Part shown: positions 38,656 to 50,527 of the stretch, one piece after another | Position numbering within the stretch: position 1 is the stretch's first letter | Layout: each line of letters starts with the position of its first letter | Assembly: GCA_963823665.1 (NCBI GenBank) | Contig: CAWGMQ010000003.1 | Span: forward strand, 1,664,001 to 1,728,000 | DNA length: 64,000 nt | Origin: an uncultured Planctomycetota bacterium | GTDB taxonomy: Bacteria > Planctomycetota > Planctomycetia > Isosphaerales > Isosphaeraceae | Direction of reading: 5' to 3' | Program-made: the position numbers and the translations under genes | The notes under the pieces: model-generated | What the model was told of the DNA's origin: nothing | Databases searched by the model: none | The model's input: only the letters and a program-made list of their open reading frames with translations

Positions 38656-39410
38656 TCAGTCGGCGATTGCGTAGCGAATGATGCAATAAAGTGCCTGGAA
38701 CCCGTCTTTCAGCCCGATCTTTTTGCCTTCGCGATAGGTTCGCCCGTGATAGGCGACGGGAACCTCGTAGATCCGGCACGGCCGCGGCGCCTCGCCGTTC
38801 GCACCGGGTACCTTGAACCGGGCCACCTTGGCCGTCACCTCCGGCTCGAAGCCAAACCGGTCGCTCTTCAAGCTCGATTCCCTGGATCACCTCGCGGCGG
38901 AAAACCTTGTAGCAGACCTCCATGTCGGTCAGGTTCAGGTTCGTGAACATGTTGGATAAGAAGCGTCAGGAACTTGTTGGCCAGCGAATGCCAGAAGTAC
39001 AGCACCCGGTGCGTCTCACCGATGAACCGCGAGCCGAAGACAACGTCCGCCTGGCCCGCCACGATCGGCTGGATCAGCTCCGGATATTGCTCGGGATCGT
39101 ACTCCAGATCGGCATCCTGCACGATGACGATGTCGCCGGTGGCATAGCGGAAGCCGGTGCGAAGCGCTGCCCCCTTACCCTTGTTTCTCTCTTGAAAAAT
39201 GACCTTCAGATCGTCGTCGCTCGACTTCTCCAGCTCGCGCAGAATCTCACGAGTGCCATCCCGCGAACAGTCGTCGACCACGATGATCTGGGTCTTGATC
39301 GGAACCGCCCGCACTCGCCGCAGAATCTCGTGAATGGTGGCCCGTTCGTCATAGACTGGTATCACGACGGAAAGCGTGAGCGTATCCGGTATTGGGAAAC
39401 GGAATTCCAT
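38656..39410 (-). CDS. Glycosyltransferase family 2 (DPM1-like; frameshift near 38955; start may be 39494)
   Basis: [39 protein letters not shown]. Confidence 0.9.
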
Positions 39411-39790
39411 AGATTGCTGGGGATTCGTGATGGATTGTTCGTTGTTCGCGCTGCGACGATGCCACGTGATTTTCGAACTGCGTTCTTCAGACAACAGGAT
39501 AAGCGACGCTCCCGCTCAAGGGAAGCCGACATACTTCCAGCCGGAAGGCGTCCTGGCGGTGAACTTCCTGAGCGGCAAATCCCCCCTCTCGCGCTTTCAG
39601 AACATACTGCGGCCGGCAAAGCCTTCATGAACTCTTCATGGCGATGCAATCGCTGATCGAGCACGTCTCGACGCGCTGGTTTCTTGCGTTACTGGGTTTA
39701 GACGGCAAACAATTGTCACTCGGAAGAGCCAGCGCCGACCGCGAAAATTCCGAACACCCACCGAAATCTTGGCCCCAATCGAGGTGATTG

Positions 39791-41011
39791 ATGCGAAAGC
39801 ATGTCTTGTTTGTCATTTCGCCGGCAGTGTTCGTGAGCGTTGCATCGCTCGCCACCTCATTCGTCGCTGCGCAGGAAACGCCGTCGCCTGCCTTGCTCGT
39901 CCTGCATAAGGGCGAGAACGCGATGGCGATCATCGACCCGCAAACCGGGAAGATCTTCGGTCATGTGCCCACCGGGCAAGATCCGCACGAATTGGCGGTT
40001 TCCAGCGACGGCAAACTCGCTTTCGCCAGCAATTACGCGGGTCCAGGACCGCGCGGCGGCAATACGCTGTCCGTCATCGACATCGCGGCGCGGAAGGAGC
40101 TGCACCGAGTTGATCTCGGTCCGCTCAGCCGCCCGCACGGGCTGTGGTTTTCCGACGGCAAGCTGTACTTCACCGCCGAGGGAAGCATGGCCATCGCGCG
40201 CTACGACCCGCAGAGTAACAAGATCGATTGGCTGCTCGGGTTGGGTCAAGATCGCACGCACATGATCCTGGTCAGCAAGGACCAGAAGACGATTTTCACC
40301 TCGAATGTGAGCTCAAACACGATCAGCATCATTGAGCGCGGAACCTTCGGACGACCCGGCGGACCGGGTGGACCAGGCGGACCTCCTCCAGGCGGCCCGG
40401 GTGGACCCCCACCTGACCGTGCGGGCGGACCTCCTCCCGATGGACCAGGTGGACCCCCTCCCGGCCGACCGGACGGCGGGCCTCCTCCAGGTGGACAGGG
40501 CGGGCCAGGTGGAAGGCAGGGTGGACGACCGCCCGGGGGACCAGGCGGACCGGGTTGGAAGCAGACGGTTATCCCGGTGGGGAGGGGTCCCGAGGGCTTC
40601 GACCTCTCGCCGGACGGAAAGGAGATTTGGGCAGCACATTCGGGCGACGGACAAATCTCGGTCATCGACGTCGCCACCAAGAAGGTCGTACAGACGATCG
40701 ATGCCGGCGCGACCCGTGCCAACCGCCTGAAATTCACACCGGATGGAAAACTGGTGATCGTCTCTGAGCTAGGCGGTGGTGGGGGCGGTCTGGTCTTTCT
40801 CGACGCCGGCACGCGATCCATAAAGCAGCGCCTGAGGCTCGGGGGCGCCAGCGGAATCCTGATTCCGCCCGACGGATCTCGCGCCTATGTCGCGCTCACC
40901 GGCGCGAACGCCGTCGCAGTGATCGACCTCAAGGAGCTCAAAGAGATCGACCGCCTGAAGACCGGCTCCGGTCCCGACGGGATGGCCTGGCTGCCTGCGA
41001 AGGCACCATAA
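39791..41011 (+). CDS. YncE/YVTN beta-propeller protein with Gly/Pro-rich insert
   Basis: PTGQDPHELAVSSDGK, VGRGPEGFDLSPDGK repeats. Confidence 0.88.
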   Translation: MRKHVLFVISPAVFVSVASLATSFVAAQETPSPALLVLHKGENAMAIIDPQTGKIFGHVPTGQDPHELAVSSDGKLAFASNYAGPGPRGGNTLSVIDIAARKELHRVDLGPLSRPHGLWFSDGKLYFTAEGSMAIARYDPQSNKIDWLLGLGQDRTHMILVSKDQKTIFTSNVSSNTISIIERGTFGRPGGPGGPGGPPPGGPGGPPPDRAGGPPPDGPGGPPPGRPDGGPPPGGQGGPGGRQGGRPPGGPGGPGWKQTVIPVGRGPEGFDLSPDGKEIWAAHSGDGQISVIDVATKKVVQTIDAGATRANRLKFTPDGKLVIVSELGGGGGGLVFLDAGTRSIKQRLRLGGASGILIPPDGSRAYVALTGANAVAVIDLKELKEIDRLKTGSGPDGMAWLPAKAP

Positions 41012-41131
41012 GCCGGAGAATGCGCGGTTGCAGCGGTCAGACCCAGGTCGGAAAATCGCTCTTTAGCAAATAGGGTCTCCAGAGCTTCCGACCTGAAGCC
41101 GCTCGGCACCGACCGAGTTGTGATTGCAACC

Positions 41132-43717
41132 ATGATGTCATTCCTCGGCCCGGTTTTGGTCGCCGTGTTGGCAGCGGCCCAGGCACCCGCTCAAACGCCA
41201 CCTGATCGAAAGCTGTCCGGCGAAGTCGTCGACGGCGAAGGCAAGGCCGTGGCCGATGCCCGCGTGGTGTTCTACGTTCCGCCCGCAAACTTTCGGCGTG
41301 TTAGTCCCCTCGAGACGCAAGCGAGGACCGATCAAGCCGGCAAATTCAGCGTGGTTCGGCCTCGCGTAGAAGTACAGAGGCTCATCGGCGGCAACTTCCT
41401 GGCTTTTGCGCCGGGGCGGGCGATCGGGGCGGTGTCTTACATTGGGCAGCCGCGCCGATTGGTGCTGCAAAAGCCACGCACGCGAACGATCAAGATCGAA
41501 GGGCCCGACGGGCAGCCGGTCGCCGGTGCCCGGGTGGCCATCAGACTCCTCTCGGTCTTCCGCAGCACGATCGCCGAAGTTCCGCCGTCACTCGCGGATT
41601 CGCTCGCCACGAGCACCGGGCCGGATGGCACGACATCGATCGGCTACCTGGCAGAACGCGACCAGCTTGTTGCCGTCCGGATCACGGCCGATTCGATTGG
41701 GTCGCAAGACTTCCTGCTCGTGGAACGTCCCAGCCGCGCCTCCGAGCCACCCGTGATCACCATCAAGCTCAAGAGCACCGGCACAATTTCAGGCCGGCTC
41801 GTCGACGCGAACGCCCAGCCAGTCGCGGGACAAGTCGTCGAGGTTTGGACCAGAGGCGGGGGTACCCGGTTGCTGCCGAACCTGGTCGACTTCAAGGATG
41901 GCCCCCTCCGCACAGGTGCCGACGGCTCGTTCGAGACGCCGGCCAACCTCCAGAAAGGCACGCCCTACCGCGTGGCCGTCCGCGAGCCTGGCACAGATCC
42001 GATTTTTTCCGACTGGATCACGATCCAGGAGAAGTCGCATACGCTGCCGCTATGGGTGCAGCGACCGCTCCGGACCATCCGAGGACGCGTCGTCGACCGC
42101 CAGGGAAAGCCGGTCACGGGTGCCCGCCTTGTGCAGTCCGGCGATGGACCGGAGCGCACGGAGACGACGACCGACGCCGACGGCCGTTTTTCGCTGGCAG
42201 GGTTCCGCCAAGGCCCGGTGTTCATCTTCGTGCGCAGCGCCGGATTTCGATTCCACGGGCAACTGGTCAAGGCGACTGAAGTCGACGTGACGGCCGAGCT
42301 CACTCGCGAAGACGAGCGGCCGGCGCGGGAGATGAAGATGCTCCCGGATTTGATCCCGATCGACGAATCACGAGCGCTGGCGCGCCGGCTGCTCGAGCCC
42401 TGCTGGAAAGTCATAGCTGAAAAGTCTGACGACTTGACGAAAAACCGCTTCCTGTTGGATCTGCTGCCCGTCGACCCGGCCGGCGTGCTCCAGAAGCTGG
42501 AAGCCGTGAAATTCCAGTCGGAAACCCCGCGACTACTGCTGTTGCGGGAAATCGTGCTAGCGCTGGCCGAGCGTGATTTCGAGGAGGCCGCCACAGTAGC
42601 CGAGTCGATCCCGGACCCGGCGACGCGGTCCTGGGCCTTCGTTCGGTTGAGCGACCAGCTTCCAGATTCCGGCCGCGAGCGCAAGCTCGCGCTGCTCGAT
42701 CGAGCCTTGCAGCAAGCCAGAATCGCCAGCGACCAGGGCGATCGAGTAAATCAGATGGGCGAAGTCGCCGAGCGCTGGTATGAGCTGGGAAAGCCCGACA
42801 AGGCCAAAGCCCTCTTCGCCGAGGCCCTCAAAATCGCCACCGCGTTCACCGACAAGACCGATTTCAAGCGCGGCATGTTCGCCGCCAAGTTGGCATTAGT
42901 CGATCTTCCGGCGGCCGAGTTGATCGCCGGGGATTATAAGGGCGACCATTCCGAGGGTCGCATTCTCGCCAACATGGCCTTTCACCTCGCCGCGGAGAGG
43001 CCGGCTGATTGCGAGCGACTCTGGCAGCAGAGCCGGCTCAGCGTGATGGACACAGTACTCAGTTGGAAGCTGGCCACGGTCGATCCGTCACGTGCGCTTC
43101 GCGCGGTGAGCGCACGGTCAAAATCCACCCCTCAGCCCGAGCTCGAAATGTATATCGCCCTCGGAGCAAAGGCTCGCGACCAATCGATCTCTCGCCAGGC
43201 CGTACAAACCGCACTGCAAGGGCTCGACAAGCTCATGGAGGAACGGCCGGAGCGCTATGGGCTGGTCGCCGGACGTTTGTTGTGGCTGGTCGAACAGATC
43301 GACCCCACGATGCTGCCCGAGGTCTTTTGGCGCCAGCTCGCGGGCCGCTCACCTTACGGCAACCCGCGCGCTGATCACGCAGACGGTCCGACTGTCCGGG
43401 TCGCGGAGCTCGCCGTGTACGATCGTGAAGTCGCCGCGGCGCTGTTCCAGCCCACGCTCGCCCGCATGGAGCAGACCGATCCAACCGAGCTGGTCTCCTG
43501 GAGCTACGAGTTCATGTGCTGGTCGCTCATCGACCCCCGCGCCGCGGTTGCGCGGCTCGAGAAGATTCCTGTGCCGCAGGTGCCGGATTATCGGAAAGGA
43601 AACATCGCCGCGCGCCTGGCCGTCGCCCGTTTGCTCGCCCGCTCTAGCAAAGAACGCTGGCGCAATGAACGCGCTGACGAGCGCGAGGTCATCTTCGGCG
43701 GCAAACGAGGGTTTTAG
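41132..43717 (+). CDS. Exported carboxypeptidase-regulatory-like domain protein, paralog 1
   Basis: Repeated G-x-VVD-x-x-GKPV-x-GA beta modules plus helical C-half ending WSLIDPRAAV. Confidence 0.85.
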   Translation: MMSFLGPVLVAVLAAAQAPAQTPPDRKLSGEVVDGEGKAVADARVVFYVPPANFRRVSPLETQARTDQAGKFSVVRPRVEVQRLIGGNFLAFAPGRAIGAVSYIGQPRRLVLQKPRTRTIKIEGPDGQPVAGARVAIRLLSVFRSTIAEVPPSLADSLATSTGPDGTTSIGYLAERDQLVAVRITADSIGSQDFLLVERPSRASEPPVITIKLKSTGTISGRLVDANAQPVAGQVVEVWTRGGGTRLLPNLVDFKDGPLRTGADGSFETPANLQKGTPYRVAVREPGTDPIFSDWITIQEKSHTLPLWVQRPLRTIRGRVVDRQGKPVTGARLVQSGDGPERTETTTDADGRFSLAGFRQGPVFIFVRSAGFRFHGQLVKATEVDVTAELTREDERPAREMKMLPDLIPIDESRALARRLLEPCWKVIAEKSDDLTKNRFLLDLLPVDPAGVLQKLEAVKFQSETPRLLLLREIVLALAERDFEEAATVAESIPDPATRSWAFVRLSDQLPDSGRERKLALLDRALQQARIASDQGDRVNQMGEVAERWYELGKPDKAKALFAEALKIATAFTDKTDFKRGMFAAKLALVDLPAAELIAGDYKGDHSEGRILANMAFHLAAERPADCERLWQQSRLSVMDTVLSWKLATVDPSRALRAVSARSKSTPQPELEMYIALGAKARDQSISRQAVQTALQGLDKLMEERPERYGLVAGRLLWLVEQIDPTMLPEVFWRQLAGRSPYGNPRADHADGPTVRVAELAVYDREVAAALFQPTLARMEQTDPTELVSWSYEFMCWSLIDPRAAVARLEKIPVPQVPDYRKGNIAARLAVARLLARSSKERWRNERADEREVIFGGKRGF

Positions 43718-43774
43718 ACTCGACGAAATGCCATCATCCTTTTCGGGCATCCGCCACAAGTAACGAGTTCACAC

Positions 43775-46353
43775 GTGACCACTCTCCCACTTTCGATGCT
43801 TCTCCTGGCTTTGATTGCTCAAACCCGGCCCGCCCCACGGCCGGCGCGGGGCAACGTCGTGGATGGCGATGACAAACCCGTCGCAAACGCGCGGGTCGTG
43901 CTCTATGCCCCGCCCGTGGCTTACTTGAAAGGCGATCCCGTCGAGGTCAAAGCCAAGACCAATGCCGACGGCCAGTTCAGCCTGGTCATTCCTCCCCTGG
44001 AACGGGCCGTGGTCAACGGCATCAGTTTCGTAGCTTATGCACCCGGACTGGCAATCGGCGCCACGTCGATCCTTCGCGGTGCTCACATCGTGCTGCAAGC
44101 TCCACGTCCTCGATTCGTGAAAGTCGAAGGACCGGACGGCGAGCCCATCGCCGGCGCACGGGTGGCACTCCGAGTTCTCTACGCCTTTGGCGGCACGCAG
44201 GCCGAGATTCCCCAATCACTCGCCGATCCTCTGGCAACCACCACCGGCCCCGACGGCATGACATCGATCGGGTACCTCGCGCCCCGGGACCTGCTCGTCG
44301 CCGTCCGGATCACGGCAGATTCCATCGGCTCGCAGGACTTCGTGCTCGTCGAACGGCCAGGCCGCGGCTCCGAGCCGCCCGTGATCACCGTCAAGCTCAA
44401 GAACGGCTATCCGATCTCCGGTCGACTCGTCGACGAAAATGCCCACCCCGTGCCCGACCAGGTGGTCGAAGTCTGGTCGCGTGGCAACGGAAGCTGGCTC
44501 AAAGCAAATCAGGTCGGATTCAAGGACGGCCCGCCAAGAACTAACGCGGACGGCTCTTTCCACATACCGCCAAATCTTCAGCAAGGCTCAGCCTACCGCA
44601 TAGCGATTTGCGCACCGGGCAAAGACCCGATCTTTTCCGCCTGGATCACAATTCAGGACAAAGCACACACCTTGCCTCTGCTGGTGCAGCGATCGTTGCG
44701 GACCGTCCGCGGCCAGGTGGTCGACCGACAAGGGAATCCGGTCGCAGGCGCCCGGGTTTTCCAGTCGGGCGACGGCCCCGATCGCACCGAAACCACAACC
44801 GCCGCGGACGGCCATTTCTCCCTGGGCGGGTTCCGGCCGGGCCCTGTGTTCCTCCTCGTCCGCAAAGATGGATTCCGGTTACACGGCCAGTTGATCAAGG
44901 CCACCGACGTGAATGTCGCGGCCGAATTGACCCGCGAGAGCGAGCCTCCGTCACGGCCGATGAAGACGCTCCCCGACGTGATCACCATCGACGAATCGCG
45001 GGCGCTCGCACGGCGTTTGCTCGAGCCCTGCTGGAAAGTTCTGGAGGGAGCCGAAGACCCGAAGAAAGGCCGCTTCCTCGAAGCCCTTGTGCCAGCCGAC
45101 CCTGCGGGCGTACTCGACAAATTGGCCACGCTGAAATTCACGAATGAATCCTGGCGCTTCCTTCTCTTGCAAGAAATCGTGCTCGCGCTGGCCGAGCGTG
45201 ACCAGGAAGAAGCCGCGTCCGTCGCCGAATCGATCCCGGACCCGGCCACCAGATCGCTCGCGCTGGCCGAGTTGTCCGATCGCCTCCCAGAGCCACAGCG
45301 CGATCGCAGGCTGGCGCTGCTTGATCGCGCGTTGCAGCAAGCCAGAATCACTGCCCACCAAACTGATCGATTGGCTCGGCTGGGCGACGTGGCCCTCCGC
45401 TTGAGCGAGCTGGGACAATTGGACAAAGCCAAGGCTCTGTTCGCCGAGGGCTTGACGATCGCCACGCCGCTCACAGGCAAGACCGATTTCAAGCGCGGCA
45501 TCTTCGCCGCCAGGCTGGCGCTCGTTGACCTCCCCGCGGCCGAGAAAATGGTCCGTGACTTCAAGGGCGACCGCAGTGAGGCCCGTGTAGTGGACAACAT
45601 GGCCTTCGTGCTGGCTCAATCGCGGCCTGACGATGCCGAGCGGTTGTGGTGTCAGATTGCGAGAAGCGGGCGGTCACCAGCCATCATGGACGGGATCGTC
45701 GGTTGGAAGCTCGCGGGAGTCGACCCGCCTCGCGCACTACGGGTCCTCGACACGTTCCGGAAAACCGGCTACGGCCCCGCGGCCTATTTCTACCTCGCCC
45801 TGGGCGCTGCGCTCGCGACGAATCCATCTCTCGTCAAGCGTTTCAGACCGGCTTGCACGGTCTCGACCAGATGATCGAAGAACGTCCGGAGAGCTACCCG
45901 TTTGAGGCCTTAACATTGTTGCCGGTGGTCGAGGCCACGGACCCGGCGCTCGTGCCCGAGGTCCTCTGGCGCCACGTCGCGTCGCGCCTGCCATATGGAA
46001 ACCCGCGAGCACTTCTATCAGAAACATCCTCACTGCAAATCGCCGAGATTGCGTACTTTGACCGACAAGTGGCCGCGGCTCTCCTGGAGCCCACGCTCGT
46101 ACGCATGGAACAAGCAAGTCCAGATGATCTGGCTCACTGGCCCACCGAGTTCGTGGCGTGGTCGCTCATCGACCCCCGCGCCGCGTTCGACCGGCTCGAC
46201 AAGATCCCGGTCGCTCACGACACCGACATCAACTGCGGCAGCAACGCCGCTCGAATCGCCGTCGGCGCTTCCCTCGCGCGATCCCGTCTGGAGCGCTGGC
46301 GTGCCAAACACGACGAGCGAGAAATCATTTTTAGTGGAAAGCGGAACTCTTAA
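43775..46353 (+). CDS. Exported carboxypeptidase-regulatory-like domain protein, paralog 2 (frameshift near 45810)
   Basis: Colinear with paralog 1 across two ORFs. Confidence 0.8.
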
Positions 46354-46395
46354 GAATGCCCGGGCGACAATAATCTCGGAGGTTTCACTTCACTG

Positions 46396-47837
46396 ATGAA
46401 ATTGAACACAGCCGCATTCGCCCTGGCCCTGGCGCTGGTTCATCCTGCTTTTGATGCCCAAGCCCAAGCCGTCTCTGCTTCCCAGCCAGGCTGGCGCTAT
46501 GTTCTGCCCGCCCCCGGCGACCCGTTCGATCATGCTCCGTTCCGCGCCTTGGTCTTGACCCGAGAGAAGCCCGAGGAACTCGTCGAGAAAGCAGCCTATC
46601 GAGGCGAGAAATCCCGCCGCCGCTACGCACGCATCCGGTACGGCAGTCCCAGCTCGATCAGGGTGAGCATCGTGCTCGACGAGACGGTAAACGGAGAGGT
46701 CGACCTTTACGCCGATGCCGACCGCAACCTCCGCATCGACGACCGAGACCGCGTCAGCGCCCCGCCGGATCTACTGATCGAAGCGCACGGATTTGGCGGC
46801 TTCCCCTCGACGTGGCCGTCATCGAGAACGAGACCGTGCGACCCTTTCCGCGCGCGGTCGTGTTCCGCCTGGGCGCTAGCGGGCAAACGCTCGGTTATGC
46901 CACGGCAGGATACCTGGAGGGAACCGTCGTTGTGCGGTCCCACGAAGATGATAACGACAAACACAAACAGAACCGTGTCCTGGCCGCGCGGCGCGTCGAC
47001 GGCGACGGCAACGGGTTCCTCGCCGACATGCAGGACCGCCTGTACCTCGACCTCGATGGCGATGGGCGTTTTGATCCCGGCGTCGAACAATTCCTCTTCT
47101 CCACCGTGCTGAACCTCCAGGGCGCACGCTATATCGTCCGTTCCGACGAGCTGGGAAACCGGCTTGCGATCGATCCGCTCGAGGGCACGGGCACTCTCCG
47201 CCTGGCGCTTCAACAAAACGGGCCCTCGCCCGCTCCCAAGGTCCTCGAGATGCACGCGACGGCGATCGGCCGCGACGGCTCGGTGTTTGCCTTGTCGGGC
47301 AGCGAGCCAGCGGTCGTACCCGCCGGTGAGTATCGCCTTGGAAACCTGACCGTCTCGCTCGAGCACGCCAAGAGTGGTGAGGCGTGGACGTTCGTCTTCT
47401 CCGACGGCCTTTGGAGTCGCGGGCCCCGCTGGTACAAGGTCGACAAGGATGCCGCGGTCACGATCGACCCGGTCGGTAAGCCGAGTTTCGAGCTCGTGCG
47501 ATTCGATTCCAACGCGACAGCCACGCCCGGCGGGGACGTCGTCGTCCGCCCCGCCCTTTACACCGGCGACGGGCTGCTGATCATCGTCGGCTACTGCGGA
47601 AAGCCGGTGTCGCCCGCAACCCAGGAGCTTCTGGCCGCCCAGGTGAACTTGCTGAAAACCGACGGCCAGACGATGGCCACTGCCCACTCCGGCTTCTCCT
47701 GAGGCACTTTCTGCCAGGCCTCGGTTCGAGTGCCTTCGTCGCAGCCAACGGGGCCTGTCACGATCACCGCCGATTTCGACTCCGGCCCCCTCGCCGGGAC
47801 GTTGCACGCGACCACGACGGTGAACGTGACACCGTAG
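46396..47837 (+). CDS. Exported hypothetical protein; candidate selenoprotein (in-frame TGA 47700-47702; frameshift near 46770)
   Basis: Signal peptide; D-x-D-G-x-G loops; frame stays open 44 codons past TGA (GTFCQASVRVP...DFDSGPLAG...) to TAG47837. Confidence 0.7.
47716..47735 (+). promoter_or_regulatory. Candidate bacterial SECIS hairpin
   Basis: AGGCCTCG-GTT-CGAG(T)GCCT; loop begins with G, 21 nt after the TGA. Confidence 0.55.
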
Positions 47838-47907
47838 AGAGCGATCCCGTGTAGCAGGCACACTCCGTGTGCCGCCCGCTCACCCAAGTATCAAGGAGAT
47901 TTGAGGC

Positions 47908-50513
47908 ATGACGGCGCTACTCGGCCCCCTGCTCTCCGCGCTCTTTCTGATCCAGGCCCAGACCCATCGCACAGTTGCCGGAACCGTCATTGACAAAGAA
48001 GGCAAACCGATTGCGGGTGCCACAGTCGAAATGGCGCCACAGGCCAATCCCTATCTCCCGGGTGAGCCGGCCCGAGCCCAAGCAGCCGTCAAGGCTTTGA
48101 GCGACAGCAACGGTCGGTTCGAGCTCAGAATCCCGCCGGGCCGAATCTTCACGACCCAACTCCGTCTTTGGGCTCATCAACCGGGGCGAGCCGTCGCCAC
48201 TGAGCAGTTGCTGAACGTGAACGAGATTGGGAAGCCTCCTCAAATCGTGCTGTGGAAACCCGAGCCGCGCACCGTGAAAGTCGAGGGGCCCGACGGTAAA
48301 CCTGTCGTTGGCGCGCGGGTTGAACCCCGGTCGATCTCCTTTCCCGGCGGACCTGCCTTTGGTCGCATTCCCGCGTCCCTGGCCTCGCGACTGGCAGTGA
48401 CCACCGGACCGGACGGAACCGCAACGGTTGCGTACCTCGCCCGCCAGGACCGCCTCGTGGCGCGCGACTCACCGTCGATGCGATTGCTGAGCAGGACCTG
48501 CCGGTGGCGGAGGAAATGCGCAACGGCCCGCTCGGTCCCACCGTCGTGATCAAGCTCAAGAAGACGAGCCGGCTTTCCGGGCGGATTTTAGACGACGCAG
48601 GGAAGGGCGCGGCCGGCCAAACGGTCGACGTCTGGTGCCGAGTCAACGACGGCATATTCGCTTCCGGGTCGGTCACCTTCAAGAACGGTCCGGTGCGAAC
48701 GGCCGCGGATGGGTCGTTTCAGACCCCGGATAACCTCATGATAGGCTCATCCTATCGCTTGGTGGTCCGCGAGCCGGGTAGGGAGCCGATCATCTCCGAT
48801 TGGATCGGAATCACCGAACAGCCCGTGACAGTCGCTCCGCTCAAACGGCGGGCGGTTCATTCGGTCATCGGCCGGGTGATCGACCGGCAAGGGAAACCCG
48901 TCGCCAACGTCGAAGTCTTCCAATCGTTCAACGGGCCCGCCCAGACCCTCCGCACGGATGGCGACGGCGGCTTCGCGCTGGAGGGCTTGCCTCTTGACAC
49001 GGTGTTCCTGTTTGCACGGGGCGAAGGATTCCGGTTCCACGGTCAAATGCTCAAGCCGGGAGATGACGAGGTCACGGTCGTGCTGACGCGCAGCACCGAG
49101 CACCCGCAGCGCGAGTTAAGGAAGCTGCCCGACCCGATCCCGCTTGACGAGTCGCGCGCAATGGCCCGCCGGATCATGGAGCGGTGGTGGAAAGCGGCCG
49201 TCGATAAAGGCGACGAAAACGGCAAGTTCTTCGCCGTCCAGTTCCTCATCCCGGCCGATCCGGTCGGCGCTTTGCAGAAGATCGGTGCCGTCAAGTTTGC
49301 GACCGAGCAGTCGCGGTCCCGTCTTCAGAGCCTGGCAGCCCGCTCGCTGGCCCGGACCAATTTCGACGAGGGCGAGACAGTCGCCGAGTCGATCGTTGAC
49401 CCCGGCATTCGCGCGCGGAACTCTGGCACACCTGGCCGATGTTGCTGCCAGAGAGCGCAAAAGCAGCGCAAGCTGGCGATTGTCGAACAAGCGGCGGTCT
49501 CTGCCAAGGCGACGAGCACGCCTTCGGACCACGTGTCTGCGCTGGGCGAGGTGGCAGGGCGGTTGCTCGATCTGGGAAAGATGGATGAAGCCAAGACGCT
49601 CTTCGCGGAGGGCCTTCGCAATGCGAGGGAGTTCAAAGACGAGACGTTGCGGCGCAGGTCGTTCGCCGGGCTCCTGGCGCTGGTGGACCTGCCGGGGGCA
49701 ATAGAGCTGGCCAAGCAGGCCGGTGACGGGCGCTACGCGGCTGCCGCTCTCCACAGCATCGCCTTCGGCCTGGCCTGGGATAAACCGGCCCAAGCGGAGC
49801 AATTCTTGAAGGAATACCCGCCGGGAAAGGGCGCGGGTTGGCTGACTCCGAAGGTCACCTGGAAGGTCGCAACGCTCGATCCCAAGCGTGCCCGGCAGCT
49901 CGTTGACACCCGCCGCGATCAGCCAAATTACTTCGAGCACGAGTTTTGCCTGGCCCTGGGGGCGAAGGGGCGAGACGAGACAATTTCAAGGGCGGCAATC
50001 CAGGCCGGACTGCAAGCGCTCGATCTGACCCTCAAAAAACGGCCGCTCGTGCTGACCCGATCCGGTGGACCGTCACTGGCGATCATCGAAGCGATCGACC
50101 CGGCTCTGGTTGACGAGGTGATGTGGATCGCAATCGCGGCCCTGCCGCCCTCCGCGCGGGATATGCAGTTGAATGTGCCCGGCCCTGTTGTTGCACCGAG
50201 TGCCTGGTACGACCGCGATGTGGCCGCTGCGCTGCTTGCGCCGCGAGTACGGCGCATCGAGCAGGCTGCCGACCCCGCGCTCGTCAATGCGGAGCGGGTG
50301 CTCGACGTCTGGGCGCTGATCGACCCCCGCGCCGCGGTCGCCTGGCTCGAGAGAGCCCCGATGACCAGCACCAACCCCAACGACAACTTCGGGTGGATCT
50401 ATGTCGTCGAGAAGCTCTCCCTGGACAGAGACGAGCGCTGGCGAAAGACTTTTCTCGACTGGGCACCCGTCTTCAACCCGGCCAATCGCGATGTCATGTT
50501 CGACCGTTTCTGA
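47908..50513 (+). CDS. Exported carboxypeptidase-regulatory-like domain protein, paralog 3 (frameshifts)
   Basis: SD AAGGAG; colinear with paralogs 1-2; ends DVMFDRF. Confidence 0.8.
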
Positions 50514-50527
50514 AGGAGTGCTTCCAC

